From NCBI GenBank assembly GCA_011389745.1, contig JAABTQ010000006.1:45475-109474 (forward strand): a stretch of DNA of 64,000 nt, written 5' to 3'. This stretch comes from Desulfobacteraceae bacterium (GTDB taxonomy: Bacteria > Desulfobacterota > Desulfobacteria > Desulfobacterales > SKZT01). Positions 28,931 through 38,867 of this stretch are shown one piece after another (the stretch's first letter is position 1; each line of letters starts with the position of its first letter). The notes beneath the pieces were generated by a model that did no database searches, had not been told where the DNA came from, and saw only the letters and a program-made list of their open reading frames with translations. Position numbers and translations under genes: made by a program.

Positions 28931-29605
28931 TTACCCTTGCCCGGGTATATGAGCATAAGCTTCGGCCGGTACAATTTCCATTGTTTTATCACCGGGTTTT
29001 ATCCAAAATAGCTGGATAGTTGCCGTGCCTTTGCGCTGGAAATATAAAATCCGAATCGGGTACCATCCTGGCTCAGCCACCCTGACCATGCCTTTTTCCG
29101 ACATCCGGTCCGAATGAACAGTGGGGTCATTAATAATTCTCAACTCACTGATAATCAAACGAAAACCGTCGTTGGTATTGGCCTGAAACACATAGTCACC
29201 CGTTTTTTCAAACAGGATAAAACCGTCCATGTGCATCCCGACACCTTTTGCTCTACTGGATTTAAAAACCTCCCGGTCCTCATCGAAATGGTGGTCTAAA
29301 ATCAATATCGGTTTTCCCGGTATACCCCTTGCTTTTATCATTCTTCCCCTGGGCATCTCATCAATATGACGATAAAACTGATGAAAATAGAGCACTGACA
29401 AGCCGGGTTGCAATTGATTTTCCTTCCCTTGAACCTTTTGGGATGTCGGCAGATCAATATCCGTGTCTTTTTGTGTTCCCAGCATCGCGCACCCGGTGAG
29501 TGTAAAAATTACCGGTAACAAAATAAAAATGAGCTTAAAGATCTTCCTTATTATATTGCCTTTACTTGAATATTTCGCAACTGCGATTCCGTTATGAAGT
29601 TTCAT
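28931..29605 (-). CDS. PA14-domain lipoprotein
   Basis: Lipobox LTGC; GDYVFQANTNDGFRL, GWYPIRILYFQ, LFW..PG. Start uncertain. Confidence 0.72.
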   Translation of the reverse strand: MKLHNGIAVAKYSSKGNIIRKIFKLIFILLPVIFTLTGCAMLGTQKDTDIDLPTSQKVQGKENQLQPGLSVLYFHQFYRHIDEMPRGRMIKARGIPGKPILILDHHFDEDREVFKSSRAKGVGMHMDGFILFEKTGDYVFQANTNDGFRLIISELRIINDPTVHSDRMSEKGMVRVAEPGWYPIRILYFQRKGTATIQLFWIKPGDKTMEIVPAEAYAHIPGQG

Positions 29606-29683
29606 TTCCGTACCCTTTCTCTTTGCTCGTAAAAACTGTCTATGGGACAAAAAGTGACCGGAATATTCTTTTTTTTTAATTGA

Positions 29684-29887
29684 TTACACTCTCTTTTCGT
29701 TTACCAGGCGGGCAAAATGCTCGAATGATCTGTCATAGGTCCTTTCCGCCTGATTGGGAAAGCAGCAGGCCGGAAGTTGACGGCTTTTTACATGATAGGT
29801 TATGCATTCACAGCAAATACCCTTTTTGGCACAGGGTTCATAGGAGCAATTACAATTTTTAAGGTTTTGATCCTTTTTGCATTCCAT
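29684..29887 (-). CDS. Small Cys-rich protein (DUF6485-like)
   Basis: [20 protein letters not shown]...LPACCF...ERTYDRS; RBS GGAG. Confidence 0.75.
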   Translation of the reverse strand: MECKKDQNLKNCNCSYEPCAKKGICCECITYHVKSRQLPACCFPNQAERTYDRSFEHFARLVNEKRV

Positions 29888-29928
29888 GAATTATTCTCCC
29901 TTTTAATGTATTGACGCTAAAGAATAAT

Positions 29929-29956
29929 AAAAAGGCGGGATTAAACCCGCCTTTTT
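29929..29956. terminator. Rho-independent terminator downstream of tatA
   Basis: AAAAAGGCGGG-ATTAAA-CCCGCCTTTTT hairpin flanked by A/T tracts. Confidence 0.85.
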
Positions 29957-29987
29957 CTAAATCCGATCGAATCTTCTCAGCCATGCT

Positions 29988-30185
29988 TTAAGACTTTTTG
30001 ATGTCTTCCAGCTTTTCCATCTCATTGTCCTTTTTATCTACTTTCTCAGCTTCGTTTGTGGCACTCTTGAAATTCTTGATGGCTTTTCCCATCCCTGCTC
30101 CGATTTCCGGAAGTTTACCCGCGCCGAAGATAATAAGGATAATAACGAGAATGATAATAAGTTCCGGCATCCCAATTCCAAACAT
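29988..30185 (-). CDS. tatA: Twin-arginine translocase TatA/TatE subunit
   Basis: [38 protein letters not shown]. Confidence 0.95.
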   Translation of the reverse strand: MFGIGMPELIIILVIILIIFGAGKLPEIGAGMGKAIKNFKSATNEAEKVDKKDNEMEKLEDIKKS

Positions 30186-30245
30186 ACCGATTCTCCTTTT
30201 TACAAATTGCCCATGTTATTTTGATATTCACTATGCAAAGAAGCT

Positions 30246-30671
30246 TCAAGAATCAGGTAGTACCGGCCCGGTTTGTCTCAGCTCTTGTAAAAGTTCCTTA
30301 AATTCTTTTGATTTCAGATAACGATCAATTGAGCTTTGATATTCGATCCAGTCTTTCCAGATTTTCAGCCACTCTTCATTGTGCCAGTAATAATTTTTGT
30401 CCCCTTTTCCCTTTAAGCGATTAATATAGTCCAGATATTCTTCTTCACAGCTTTCACAAAAATGATAGGGAACCTTTACAAACTGATGTTCACATTTTCT
30501 ATCTTTTGAGGGATCCGGACGAATTTGCTGACCGCACCGCTCGCACTTGAATGCACATTGGGTACATTGAAAGACTTTTTGTACCGCCTGGATCTTTTGC
30601 TTTCGGGCAATTGCGTCCTTTTTATCCTTGGACAGTTTAAGTTTGTCATTCAGAGAAATAATCTCGGCCAC
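30246..30671 (-). CDS. Hypothetical Cys-rich (putative zinc-binding) protein
   Basis: CTQCAFKCERC and FCESC motifs; GTG start with RBS-like AAGGTAGG. Confidence 0.65.
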   Translation of the reverse strand: MAEIISLNDKLKLSKDKKDAIARKQKIQAVQKVFQCTQCAFKCERCGQQIRPDPSKDRKCEHQFVKVPYHFCESCEEEYLDYINRLKGKGDKNYYWHNEEWLKIWKDWIEYQSSIDRYLKSKEFKELLQELRQTGPVLPDS

Positions 30672-30838
30672 GAAACACCTACCTTAAATTGGAATATTTA
30701 TTTTATGTGAAACAATAGCACAGGCCCGTGACCATGTCAATTAAGGCTCCGATGGTACTATTCCGAATACCCTGTCTTTAGTGCTTTTTACATTTTATAC
30801 TATTTTCATTCCCAACATGCAAGACGCTTTAAATTGTA

Positions 30839-31018
30839 TCATTCTGCGTTCAGATTCTTCAGAATCCTCTTTGTCAAAGGCTCTTTGATCTCTGCATGAC
30901 GTGGAACAGCTTCCGTGACTCCTGTTTTCGGATTGATCCAAAGCGCATGAGAACTGCCTTCACGTTTTAAATAACAACCGGCAATTCGTAATTTACGTTC
31001 TAAATCTCGCCGTTTCAT
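30839..31018 (-). CDS. hicA: HicA-family toxin, 59 aa (not in the ORF track)
   Basis: Own translation: MKRRDLERKLRIAGCYLKREGSSHALWINPKTGVTEAVPRHAEIKEPLTKRILKNLNAE; ATG overlaps the hicB TGA. Confidence 0.9.
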   Translation of the reverse strand: MKRRDLERKLRIAGCYLKREGSSHALWINPKTGVTEAVPRHAEIKEPLTKRILKNLNAE

Positions 31019-31233
31019 CCGACCAATACCTTTTCCTGAATAACGTCTTCAGGCAGTCCTCGAAGAATGTCTGCCCTGCGATCTTCAAAAATCAATTCAA
31101 TGGCCTGTCGCAAACTGTTTTTAGTTTCTTCAATTGTCTCACCTTGCCCGTTAGCTCCGGGAACCTCGGGGCATATGGCCCAATAGCCGCCTTCTGGAGC
31201 GGCTTCAATAATTGCTGTAAATTCTGCTTTCAT
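31015..31233 (-). CDS. hicB: HicB-family antitoxin (short, no DNA-binding domain)
   Basis: EGGYWAICPEVPGANGQGETIEE...AI. Confidence 0.9.
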   Translation of the reverse strand: MKAEFTAIIEAAPEGGYWAICPEVPGANGQGETIEETKNSLRQAIELIFEDRRADILRGLPEDVIQEKVLVG

Positions 31234-31745
31234 TGTATTTCCTTTTTTTATATTGGCCGAACAAAAGCCTCAACCGCGAACTGAACCTCCACAGGCCGTG
31301 AGCCGATTCAGGCTTGTTCCCAGCAAGATCAAGGTTCACACTCTGCCTGCATCAAAGATACTTGGTTTTCTTAATGATAAGAAGAACCTGCTTCAATTCA
31401 AGCCAATTAAATCCACCGCTGTTTTGAAAAAAAAAAGCGGGATGCCGGATAAAACGAGGTTGAACTGAGCCTTTGCTCATAATTTTATAAAACGATTATC
31501 AAATTTAAACAGGATTTGCAAAGATGAATTTCTTCCAATATCACGGATAAAGGAAACAAATAAAAAAACCAATGGTTGCTCCACAATGAAAAAAGCGGTG
31601 ATAATGACAATAATGTTGAAATTTTTTTTGACTATCTTTTCAAAATCAGAATTGCTGCTATGAAATTGTATGGCTTGTCAACAATACGCTAAGATGTTAA
31701 GATTTGTAATTCATTTAAAATTGTTTGAAAGGAGCCCCGAACGTA

Positions 31746-32831
31746 ATGAATAGTTTTAAACCCGAGTGCCTTCCGGTTCTTATCGGGAGCCTTCCGATAC
31801 GGGACCATCAGGAAGCAGGAAGACTCGTCCTTGAGTATACACCCGAAATTCCGCTTTGGGTTCAGCTTCCATTTTTTAAACAAGAAGGCATGATTACCCA
31901 ATTTCTTCCCGGAATGCCCGGTATGGCCACCAAAGAAGACAGAACCTTTATCGACACTTCATCGTTGACCTTTGAATCCGATCTCCTGGAATTTTATGAA
32001 GCTTACATGACGACAATTGAAAATCTGACTCCTCTCGAAGAGTCCATATTCGCCATGTCATCAGTTACGGCCCCTGGATTTTTCACCCTTATGGAAAACC
32101 TGTCTCAAGCTGATACTGCTCCGGAAGCTGTCAAAGGCCAAATTACGGGTCCATTCACATTCTGTACAGGATTAACCGATCAAAACGGCAAAGCAGTATT
32201 TTACGATGAACAGCTAAGAGATGCTGCCGTCAAACTTCTGGCCATGAAAGCCCGATGGCAGACACGTCAGCTTTCCAAATCCGGTAAGCCTGTCATCATC
32301 TTTTTTGATGAACCGGCCTTAACCGGTTTTGGATCTTCCTCATTTATCAGTATCTCCCGTGAGGAGGTTTTCAGGTGTTTCGAAGAGGTTTTTGAAGCGG
32401 TGCATTCAGAAGGAGGTCTTGCAGGGGTGCATGTTTGTGCCAATGCGGATTGGTCATTGATTTTGGAGTCTTCGGCCGATGTTGTCAGTTTCGATGCATA
32501 CGAATATTTCGACACGTTTATTCTATATTCCAAACAAATCAACTCTTTTTTAGACTCGGGAAAAATTCTGGCGTGGGGTATAGTGCCGACCCTCAACGTA
32601 TCAGCCATCGAAAAAGAGAATGTTTCTTCGCTCATGGACATCTGGGAATCTAAAACAGCAAAGCTTCTGAACCTGGGTATCGACCGAAAAACACTCTATT
32701 CTCAATCACTGATCACACCAAGCTGCGGAACAGGTTCTCTGGGAATGGAAAACGCCGTTAAAGTATTGAAACTCACAGCACAATTGTCCGGACAAATCAG
32801 AAGCAATGCGTCAAAAGGAGTTAATTCATGA
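31746..32831 (+). CDS. Core (MetE C-terminal-like, MesB-type) methionine synthase homologue
   Basis: IGSLP, KGQITGPFT, FDEPAL, zinc ligands HVC, SFD and TPSCG; about half the length of MetE. Confidence 0.65.
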   Translation: MNSFKPECLPVLIGSLPIRDHQEAGRLVLEYTPEIPLWVQLPFFKQEGMITQFLPGMPGMATKEDRTFIDTSSLTFESDLLEFYEAYMTTIENLTPLEESIFAMSSVTAPGFFTLMENLSQADTAPEAVKGQITGPFTFCTGLTDQNGKAVFYDEQLRDAAVKLLAMKARWQTRQLSKSGKPVIIFFDEPALTGFGSSSFISISREEVFRCFEEVFEAVHSEGGLAGVHVCANADWSLILESSADVVSFDAYEYFDTFILYSKQINSFLDSGKILAWGIVPTLNVSAIEKENVSSLMDIWESKTAKLLNLGIDRKTLYSQSLITPSCGTGSLGMENAVKVLKLTAQLSGQIRSNASKGVNS

Positions 32832-33676
32832 CCGGTCACCACAATTCGAGCCGATTTACCGGAGCAAGCCGGTATGTTCTGGATAACGAACTGGCAAAAA
32901 TCGTCAATATCAGCATGGCCCTGGAGATGCCCCTGCTTTTGAAGGGTGAGCCGGGAACCGGAAAAACCATGCTGGCACATGCCATCGCCGAAAGCCTCGG
33001 CATGCCTTTAGTTGTGCTTAATGTTAAATCAAGCATGAAACTTGTGGAGGCTCTCTACCAGTATGACACCCTGACCCGTTTGAATGACAGCCGTTTTGGC
33101 GATTCCGGCCGTGATGTCAGCAATATCGAAAACTATATTCGCATGGGAAAAATCGGCCGGGCTTTTACTTCGGATACAAAAACCGTGCTTTTAATCGATG
33201 AAATCGATAAAGCCGACACGGATTTTCAGGATGATATGCTCGATGTATTAGATCAAATGGAATTCGATATTATCGAGATCGATAAAACCGTGCGCGCTAA
33301 AAATCGTCCGGTCATCATCATCACTTCAAACGCCAAAAAAGATCTGTCGGATCCTTTTTTAGGCCGGTGCAATTTTCATCATATCGCCTTTCCGGACCCG
33401 CGTATGATGCAGGATATTATCCAGGTGCACTTTCCGGACATTGACAATACTCTGGCCCAAAATGCGATCATGGCTTTTTATAAATTGAGGGAAATGAGTT
33501 CTATTGAAAAACGGCCGGCCACCCGTGAACTGATCAACTGGATCAGGGCCATGTCCTCTGATCCGGATTTTAATCCGAAAAACCTGGATAAGGGTGATAT
33601 CCCTTTTTTGGGGGTGTTGTTCAAAAAAAGCCAGGACTTTGCCCGGGCCGTCACCACTCTGGCCCGGACACGATAG
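32828..33676 (+). CDS. MoxR-family AAA+ ATPase
   Basis: LLKGEPGTGKT, LLIDEIDKAD, IITSN..K.L.DPFL.RC. Confidence 0.9.
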   Translation: MTGHHNSSRFTGASRYVLDNELAKIVNISMALEMPLLLKGEPGTGKTMLAHAIAESLGMPLVVLNVKSSMKLVEALYQYDTLTRLNDSRFGDSGRDVSNIENYIRMGKIGRAFTSDTKTVLLIDEIDKADTDFQDDMLDVLDQMEFDIIEIDKTVRAKNRPVIIITSNAKKDLSDPFLGRCNFHHIAFPDPRMMQDIIQVHFPDIDNTLAQNAIMAFYKLREMSSIEKRPATRELINWIRAMSSDPDFNPKNLDKGDIPFLGVLFKKSQDFARAVTTLARTR

Positions 33677-33699
33677 TTTTAGGCCAAACCAATTTAATC

Positions 33700-34896
33700 A
33701 TGTTCATCGACTTTTTCTATAAACTCAAAAATCTGGGGATTCCGGTTTCTCCGACATCCTTTTTGACCCTTCACAAGGCCATTGAAACAGGTCTTGTAAT
33801 GAGTCTGGATGATTTTTACACGGCCTCGAGATCGATTCTGATTAAAAGCGAACGCTATTTTGATGTTTTCGACCAGGTTTTTGCCCACCATTTCAAAGGG
33901 GCTGATCTGCCTGATCCCTCGGAGAAAGAACTTGCCGAAACCATCCGGTTTCTTCTGGAATTTTGGTTGAAAGACCCAAAAACTCTGGCCGACACCATGG
34001 GAATCGACGAAAACCAACTGGCAAAACTCACTCCCGAAGAACTTGTGGAATATTTCAAAGAACGGCTGAAAGATCAGGAAGGACGTCATGATGGCGGCAA
34101 TCGCTGGATCGGCACCGGAGGAACTTCCCCGGTAGGCCATTCGGGGTATCATCCTGGTGGGATGCGCGTTGGCGGAATTTCACGAAATAAATCCGCCGTC
34201 AAGGTTGCGCTTGAACGACGTTACAAAGACTATTCAAAGCGGGGCCCCCTGAGCCAGGCAATGATGGGTGAAGCTTTAAAACGGCTTAGAAATCTGGTTC
34301 CTGAAGGTCCAAAAGACAAAGTCAATGTGGAAGCCTCTATTTACCAGACCATGAAAAATGCCGGTGAAATCGAAATTGTTTTCGACCGGAGCCTCCGGGA
34401 CCGTTTGAAGGTCATCCTGGCTATCGATAATGGTGGGTGGTCCATGGAACCGTATGTGCAAACTGTCCAAACCCTTTTCGACCATGCCAGGGCACAGTTT
34501 AAGGAACTAAAAATTTTTTATTTCCACAACACCATATACGATAACCTGTGGCAAGATCCGGGAAGGCGCCGGGATCACATGAATGTGGAGGAATTTGTCC
34601 GGTTCGACCCTCAAACCCGGTTCATTCTCGTGGGTGATGCCAGCATGGCTCCCTACGAACTGCTTGCCCGTGACGGCACCATCTATGTGCAAGACCGGAG
34701 CACCATGCCGAGCATCGAACGGCTGAAATTTCTGGCTGATACCTTTGCCCGTACGGCATGGTTAAATCCCGTACCGGCCAAAATGTGGCCCTATACCCCC
34801 ACTATCGACATGGTCGCCAAAATATTTCCCATGTTCGAATTAACCCTGGACGGCCTTGAAGAAGCCGTGAATCATTTGGCCACCAGCCATAATTGA
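33700..34896 (+). CDS. VWA/CoxE-like partner of the MoxR ATPase
   Basis: WIGTGGTSPVGHSG, MIDAS-like DNGGWSM, YFHN, VGDASMAPYEL, WLNP. Confidence 0.85.
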   Translation: MFIDFFYKLKNLGIPVSPTSFLTLHKAIETGLVMSLDDFYTASRSILIKSERYFDVFDQVFAHHFKGADLPDPSEKELAETIRFLLEFWLKDPKTLADTMGIDENQLAKLTPEELVEYFKERLKDQEGRHDGGNRWIGTGGTSPVGHSGYHPGGMRVGGISRNKSAVKVALERRYKDYSKRGPLSQAMMGEALKRLRNLVPEGPKDKVNVEASIYQTMKNAGEIEIVFDRSLRDRLKVILAIDNGGWSMEPYVQTVQTLFDHARAQFKELKIFYFHNTIYDNLWQDPGRRRDHMNVEEFVRFDPQTRFILVGDASMAPYELLARDGTIYVQDRSTMPSIERLKFLADTFARTAWLNPVPAKMWPYTPTIDMVAKIFPMFELTLDGLEEAVNHLATSHN

Positions 34897-34916
34897 ATTG
34901 GGAGTGAAATTTTTTT

Positions 34917-35705
34917 TTACAGGTCGGATATCCTATACAGCCGATGGGTATTTTCCCAAATTTTTAACGAAAGCGCTTCGGGATCTTCTTTCCGAACCTC
35001 GGCGATTTTCATCAACACTGATTTTACAAAGGCGGGTTCATTTCTCCGGGTTTTATTTTTTTGCGGAGCGGGAGTAAGGTAAGGGGCATCGGTTTCGATT
35101 AATAGTCTGTCTGAGGGAATCCCGGCCACCAGGTTCCGAAGTTCCGCCCCCCGGCTTTCAATGGTGACAATTCCCGTAATGCCGATATAAAGACCCATGG
35201 AAAGATAGTCAAACAGCTCTTTTTTATTTCCGCTGAAACAATGAACAACACCTTTAGCCTCTGATTTTAGATGTGTTTTCAACATTTCGCTAAAACGCCC
35301 CCGGCTGTCTCTTTCATGAAATATCAATGGAAGCCCGAGTTCATGGGCCAGCTCGATCTGGCGAACAAACCATTTTTCCTGAAGAGCACGCGGAGAAAAC
35401 ATACGGTTGAAATCCAACCCTATTTCACCCCAGGCTTTGACTTTTCCATTTTCCGCAAACATTTTAAGATTATCCAGGACTTCTTCAGTGCAATCTTTCA
35501 CATCATGGGGATGGATTCCCACTGATGCATAAATCCCGGGATTGTTATCGGCAAGCTTTACTGCCATCCTGCAACTTTTTTGAGTAATGCCCACCACCAT
35601 AATTTTTTCCACTCCGGCCTGCCTGGCCTGTAAGATCACCCCGTCAAAATCTTTAACAAATGATCGGTCATCCAAATGGCAGTGGCTGTCAAATAGTTTC
35701 ATCAT
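34917..35705 (-). CDS. tatD: TatD-family hydrolase
   Basis: DSHCH, GIHPH, GEIGLD, HCFSG, ETDAPYL, RNEP. Confidence 0.92.
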   Translation of the reverse strand: MMKLFDSHCHLDDRSFVKDFDGVILQARQAGVEKIMVVGITQKSCRMAVKLADNNPGIYASVGIHPHDVKDCTEEVLDNLKMFAENGKVKAWGEIGLDFNRMFSPRALQEKWFVRQIELAHELGLPLIFHERDSRGRFSEMLKTHLKSEAKGVVHCFSGNKKELFDYLSMGLYIGITGIVTIESRGAELRNLVAGIPSDRLLIETDAPYLTPAPQKNKTRRNEPAFVKSVLMKIAEVRKEDPEALSLKIWENTHRLYRISDL

Positions 35706-36565
35706 TTACCTCTTGAAGACATCAACCTGGCACACACATTCATAAATGCCGGTTCCCAAACATGAGGATCGGGGCCTCGAAGTGTCCTGGCGCTATCCTC
35801 ACTTACAATTCGTTGCCCGATAACACGCACCAGGGCCAGGTTTTGTCCGGCATCCTCAAGCAACGTTTCTTCATCGGACGGAAAAATTCCATAACCCGAT
35901 GCCTCCATGGCATATTCATGCCTGGCCCAGTGCCGCCATCCATCAACCATGGTGTCGGCTAATTCCATTTTCACCGACCCGGATTTTTCCCAGTGCCTGC
36001 GCCACCATTGCGCACTGTGGAAAGTGTAACAATCGGGTTCCCAGAAAACCTTCCCGTTGCTTTGTGCTTTAAGCAGATGCTCGGGCGGGGAGCCTGTCAA
36101 TTCGGACTGCAAACCTGGCACGACGATGCCGATTTTACCACCTGGCTTTAGAAAACGAATGATATAACTGAGATAAAGATCATCGGTTCCGTAATAGCTG
36201 TAAGAATCGAAAGATACGATGGCATCGAAAAAACCCTCTGCAAACGGCAATGCATGCGCTTCGGCATGGATAGGAAAAACCCGGTTCTCAAGATTCGCCT
36301 CTTGAACCCTCACCCAGTTATCTCCCGCTGCAATCCATAAATCCGCTGCAAAAACCTTGACATCATACTCTTTAGCCAGAAATATGGAACTGATAGCGCG
36401 CCCGCATCCCATATCGAGAACACGCATACCCGGAGAAAGTTCAAATTTTTCCATAAGCCATTCCGCCAGCCACAGCGCATTTGGTCCCATCTGATTTTTG
36501 GCAATCCACTGCGCATCATATCGATTGGAGCGGGGAAAACACTCATTGTAAAAAAAGGCTTCCAT
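35702..36565 (-). CDS. Class I SAM-dependent methyltransferase
   Basis: RVLDMGCGRA, LPFAEGFFDAIVS, LKPGG; stop overlaps the tatD start. Confidence 0.88.
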   Translation of the reverse strand: MEAFFYNECFPRSNRYDAQWIAKNQMGPNALWLAEWLMEKFELSPGMRVLDMGCGRAISSIFLAKEYDVKVFAADLWIAAGDNWVRVQEANLENRVFPIHAEAHALPFAEGFFDAIVSFDSYSYYGTDDLYLSYIIRFLKPGGKIGIVVPGLQSELTGSPPEHLLKAQSNGKVFWEPDCYTFHSAQWWRRHWEKSGSVKMELADTMVDGWRHWARHEYAMEASGYGIFPSDEETLLEDAGQNLALVRVIGQRIVSEDSARTLRGPDPHVWEPAFMNVCARLMSSRGK

Positions 36566-37039
36566 TTTCTTTATCCCTGTGTGTCATATAATTATCTTTC
36601 ATCCCAAAGCGGTTTATCGTCTAGCATGAAATATTTCAAATATCAATCCGGACATTCGTTAGGCAGAAAAAATGTATGAAAAAGCAGAGCATTGCCTTTG
36701 CGGCTCCTGCTGATAATTACTAATCAGAGGAAAGATTTTATGAGCTTTTTTTCACCAGCCAGGATAAGGTTTTTCCAACATTAAAATACGGCATTCCTCT
36801 TGTTTTTTTCATAGCATTCGGAAGATAAAATACATGGTATACCTCATTTTTTTTCATAGTATACCGGAGATAAAATAAAATAATATCATAGTCGAAAAAT
36901 TCAAAGAACAGTTGAACAAAAAAGAAAAGGTGAGAAGCTGCCAAATTCGAAGATTGTCTTTTTTCAATTTAAATAAGATGTAAACATCCTTAAGTCAATA
37001 ACATTTACACTTTACTCAAAAGGAAAGGGAGGTTTAATC

Positions 37040-38473
37040 GTGAAAAGAAGTCAAAAAAAATATGGAGCACGCCTCACTCCTCCGTTGGTAGCTGTTTGTA
37101 CTGCGTTGACAATCATAGCGATGGTTTATGGGGTCAATGCTCAGTTGCCCGACGATGTAGATCCTATTGTGGAAACCTACATGCCAGTGGTCATTGAAGA
37201 GGATTTCCAGACAACAATGACACGGGAGGCGGAGGAAAAACAAAAATTTATGGACCGTCAAAAGGAGCTTCTTGAGAGGCGCTATGATTTAAGTGATCGC
37301 CCGGCCAATGTAATGATGTCAGGAGAGAGAAAAAACATTCAGGAGGGCGTACGGGTCAAACTTCCTGACGAGGTTAATTGGGATCAACTGGCCGGCATGT
37401 CGCCTGCAGAAATTAAAGAGAAAAATTTGTTTCCTGAAGGATTTTTACCGCTTCCCCACGCTAAGCATGAGACTGGCGGGCAGGTCTTTCCCGAAAATCA
37501 AATTGAGGAAATCGAAAAAATGGAACAGCGTTCTCTGGAAAGATTCGACATCGAATTTGATATTCCTGAGCACTTTCTTCCGGAATTCCCTCCTCCTATC
37601 TTCCTGACGACCCGTCCTGACCTGGGAGATGTCTCACAAGGAAAACTACTCAGCATCAAAAACTACTATGAGATCATGCATGGAATTGTCACTCCCGTCC
37701 AGATGGAGGGTTTGAGGCTTCTTCTTACGCCATTTCCCCAACAGCAGTTCAATCAGACAGAAGACAGAAAAGTGGAGGAACCCAGCTTAGGTGTGTCATG
37801 CCTGGACTGCCACTCGAACGGTCATTCCAACGGTGCTTTTCACCTGAATCCGGATACCCGTCCACAGGTGGCTCGGATGCGCCTCGATACCGTAAGTCTC
37901 CGAGGTATGTACAACCAGCAGATTCACGGTTCCAAGCGGTCCCTTCGATCCATTGAAGATTTCACCGAGTTCGAACAACGAAGTGCCTATTTTGACGGTG
38001 ATCATGTAATCGCAGCCAAAAAAGGTGTTCATCTTCCCGATCGCGCCAGCCAGGTTTTTATGATGGCTCAGATGCAGAATCTTTTTGATTTCCCGCCTGC
38101 ACCGAAACTCAATGTTTTTGGCAAGCTGGATCCGGATAAGGCCACCGATGAGGAAATGATGGGACAGGAGGTATTTTTCGGAAAAGCCAATTGCGCGGTC
38201 TGTCACCCCGCTCCATTTTACACCGATGACAAGATGCACAACTTACAGGTACAGCGGTTTTATGAGCCGCGGATGAGCAACGGAAAATGGATTACCGCCG
38301 TAGGTCCCATCAAAAGCTTTACTCTACGGGGAATCAAAGACTCGCCTCCATACATGCATGATCAGCGGCTTCTCACCCTTGAAGACACCGTAGAATTTTT
38401 CAATATAGTGACACGAATTAATTTGACTGAAGAAGAAAAGAAGGCTCTGGTTGCGTTTATGCGATGCCTTTAG
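37040..38473 (+). CDS. Exported diheme c-type cytochrome (bCcP/MauG-superfamily-like)
   Basis: Signal peptide; CLDCH and CAVCH; TLRGI..SPPYMHD..L.TLEDTV motif. Confidence 0.8.
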   Translation: MKRSQKKYGARLTPPLVAVCTALTIIAMVYGVNAQLPDDVDPIVETYMPVVIEEDFQTTMTREAEEKQKFMDRQKELLERRYDLSDRPANVMMSGERKNIQEGVRVKLPDEVNWDQLAGMSPAEIKEKNLFPEGFLPLPHAKHETGGQVFPENQIEEIEKMEQRSLERFDIEFDIPEHFLPEFPPPIFLTTRPDLGDVSQGKLLSIKNYYEIMHGIVTPVQMEGLRLLLTPFPQQQFNQTEDRKVEEPSLGVSCLDCHSNGHSNGAFHLNPDTRPQVARMRLDTVSLRGMYNQQIHGSKRSLRSIEDFTEFEQRSAYFDGDHVIAAKKGVHLPDRASQVFMMAQMQNLFDFPPAPKLNVFGKLDPDKATDEEMMGQEVFFGKANCAVCHPAPFYTDDKMHNLQVQRFYEPRMSNGKWITAVGPIKSFTLRGIKDSPPYMHDQRLLTLEDTVEFFNIVTRINLTEEEKKALVAFMRCL

Positions 38474-38547
38474 CGATATTCTGAAGACGAAAAAACAGCT
38501 GGTAGCAGATCCGCAGTCTGTTTTCAAAGACTTTAGCAGAACTCAAA

Positions 38548-38609
38548 GCCGGTCAATTGTAATTTTTTATTCATAAGCCAACTGATTAAAAAGTCACAAA
38601 TTGACCGGC
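38548..38609. other. Imperfect inverted repeat downstream of the cytochrome gene
   Basis: GCCGGTCAATTGTAATTTTT ... AAAAAGTCACAAATTGACCGGC. Confidence 0.55.
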
Positions 38610-38867
38610 AAATAACCGGAACGAGAGATATGTTAAAATATTGGACAATTCTTGTTTCAACTTCCTGATAGAACTTGTCCGAGTGTATCCCAAATTTATT
38701 TCTTTGATGTCATTACGTTTTAACTCTTCAACGACACAATTCCCCCAAATTGACCTCAAACCATGGCCCTTGGCAACAATATAACATCGGTAAATCTGTA
38801 TTGACAACTTTACATCTTGTTGATAGGAGAAAGATTCAAATAACATTTTTTCAATAACGGAAAGAAA

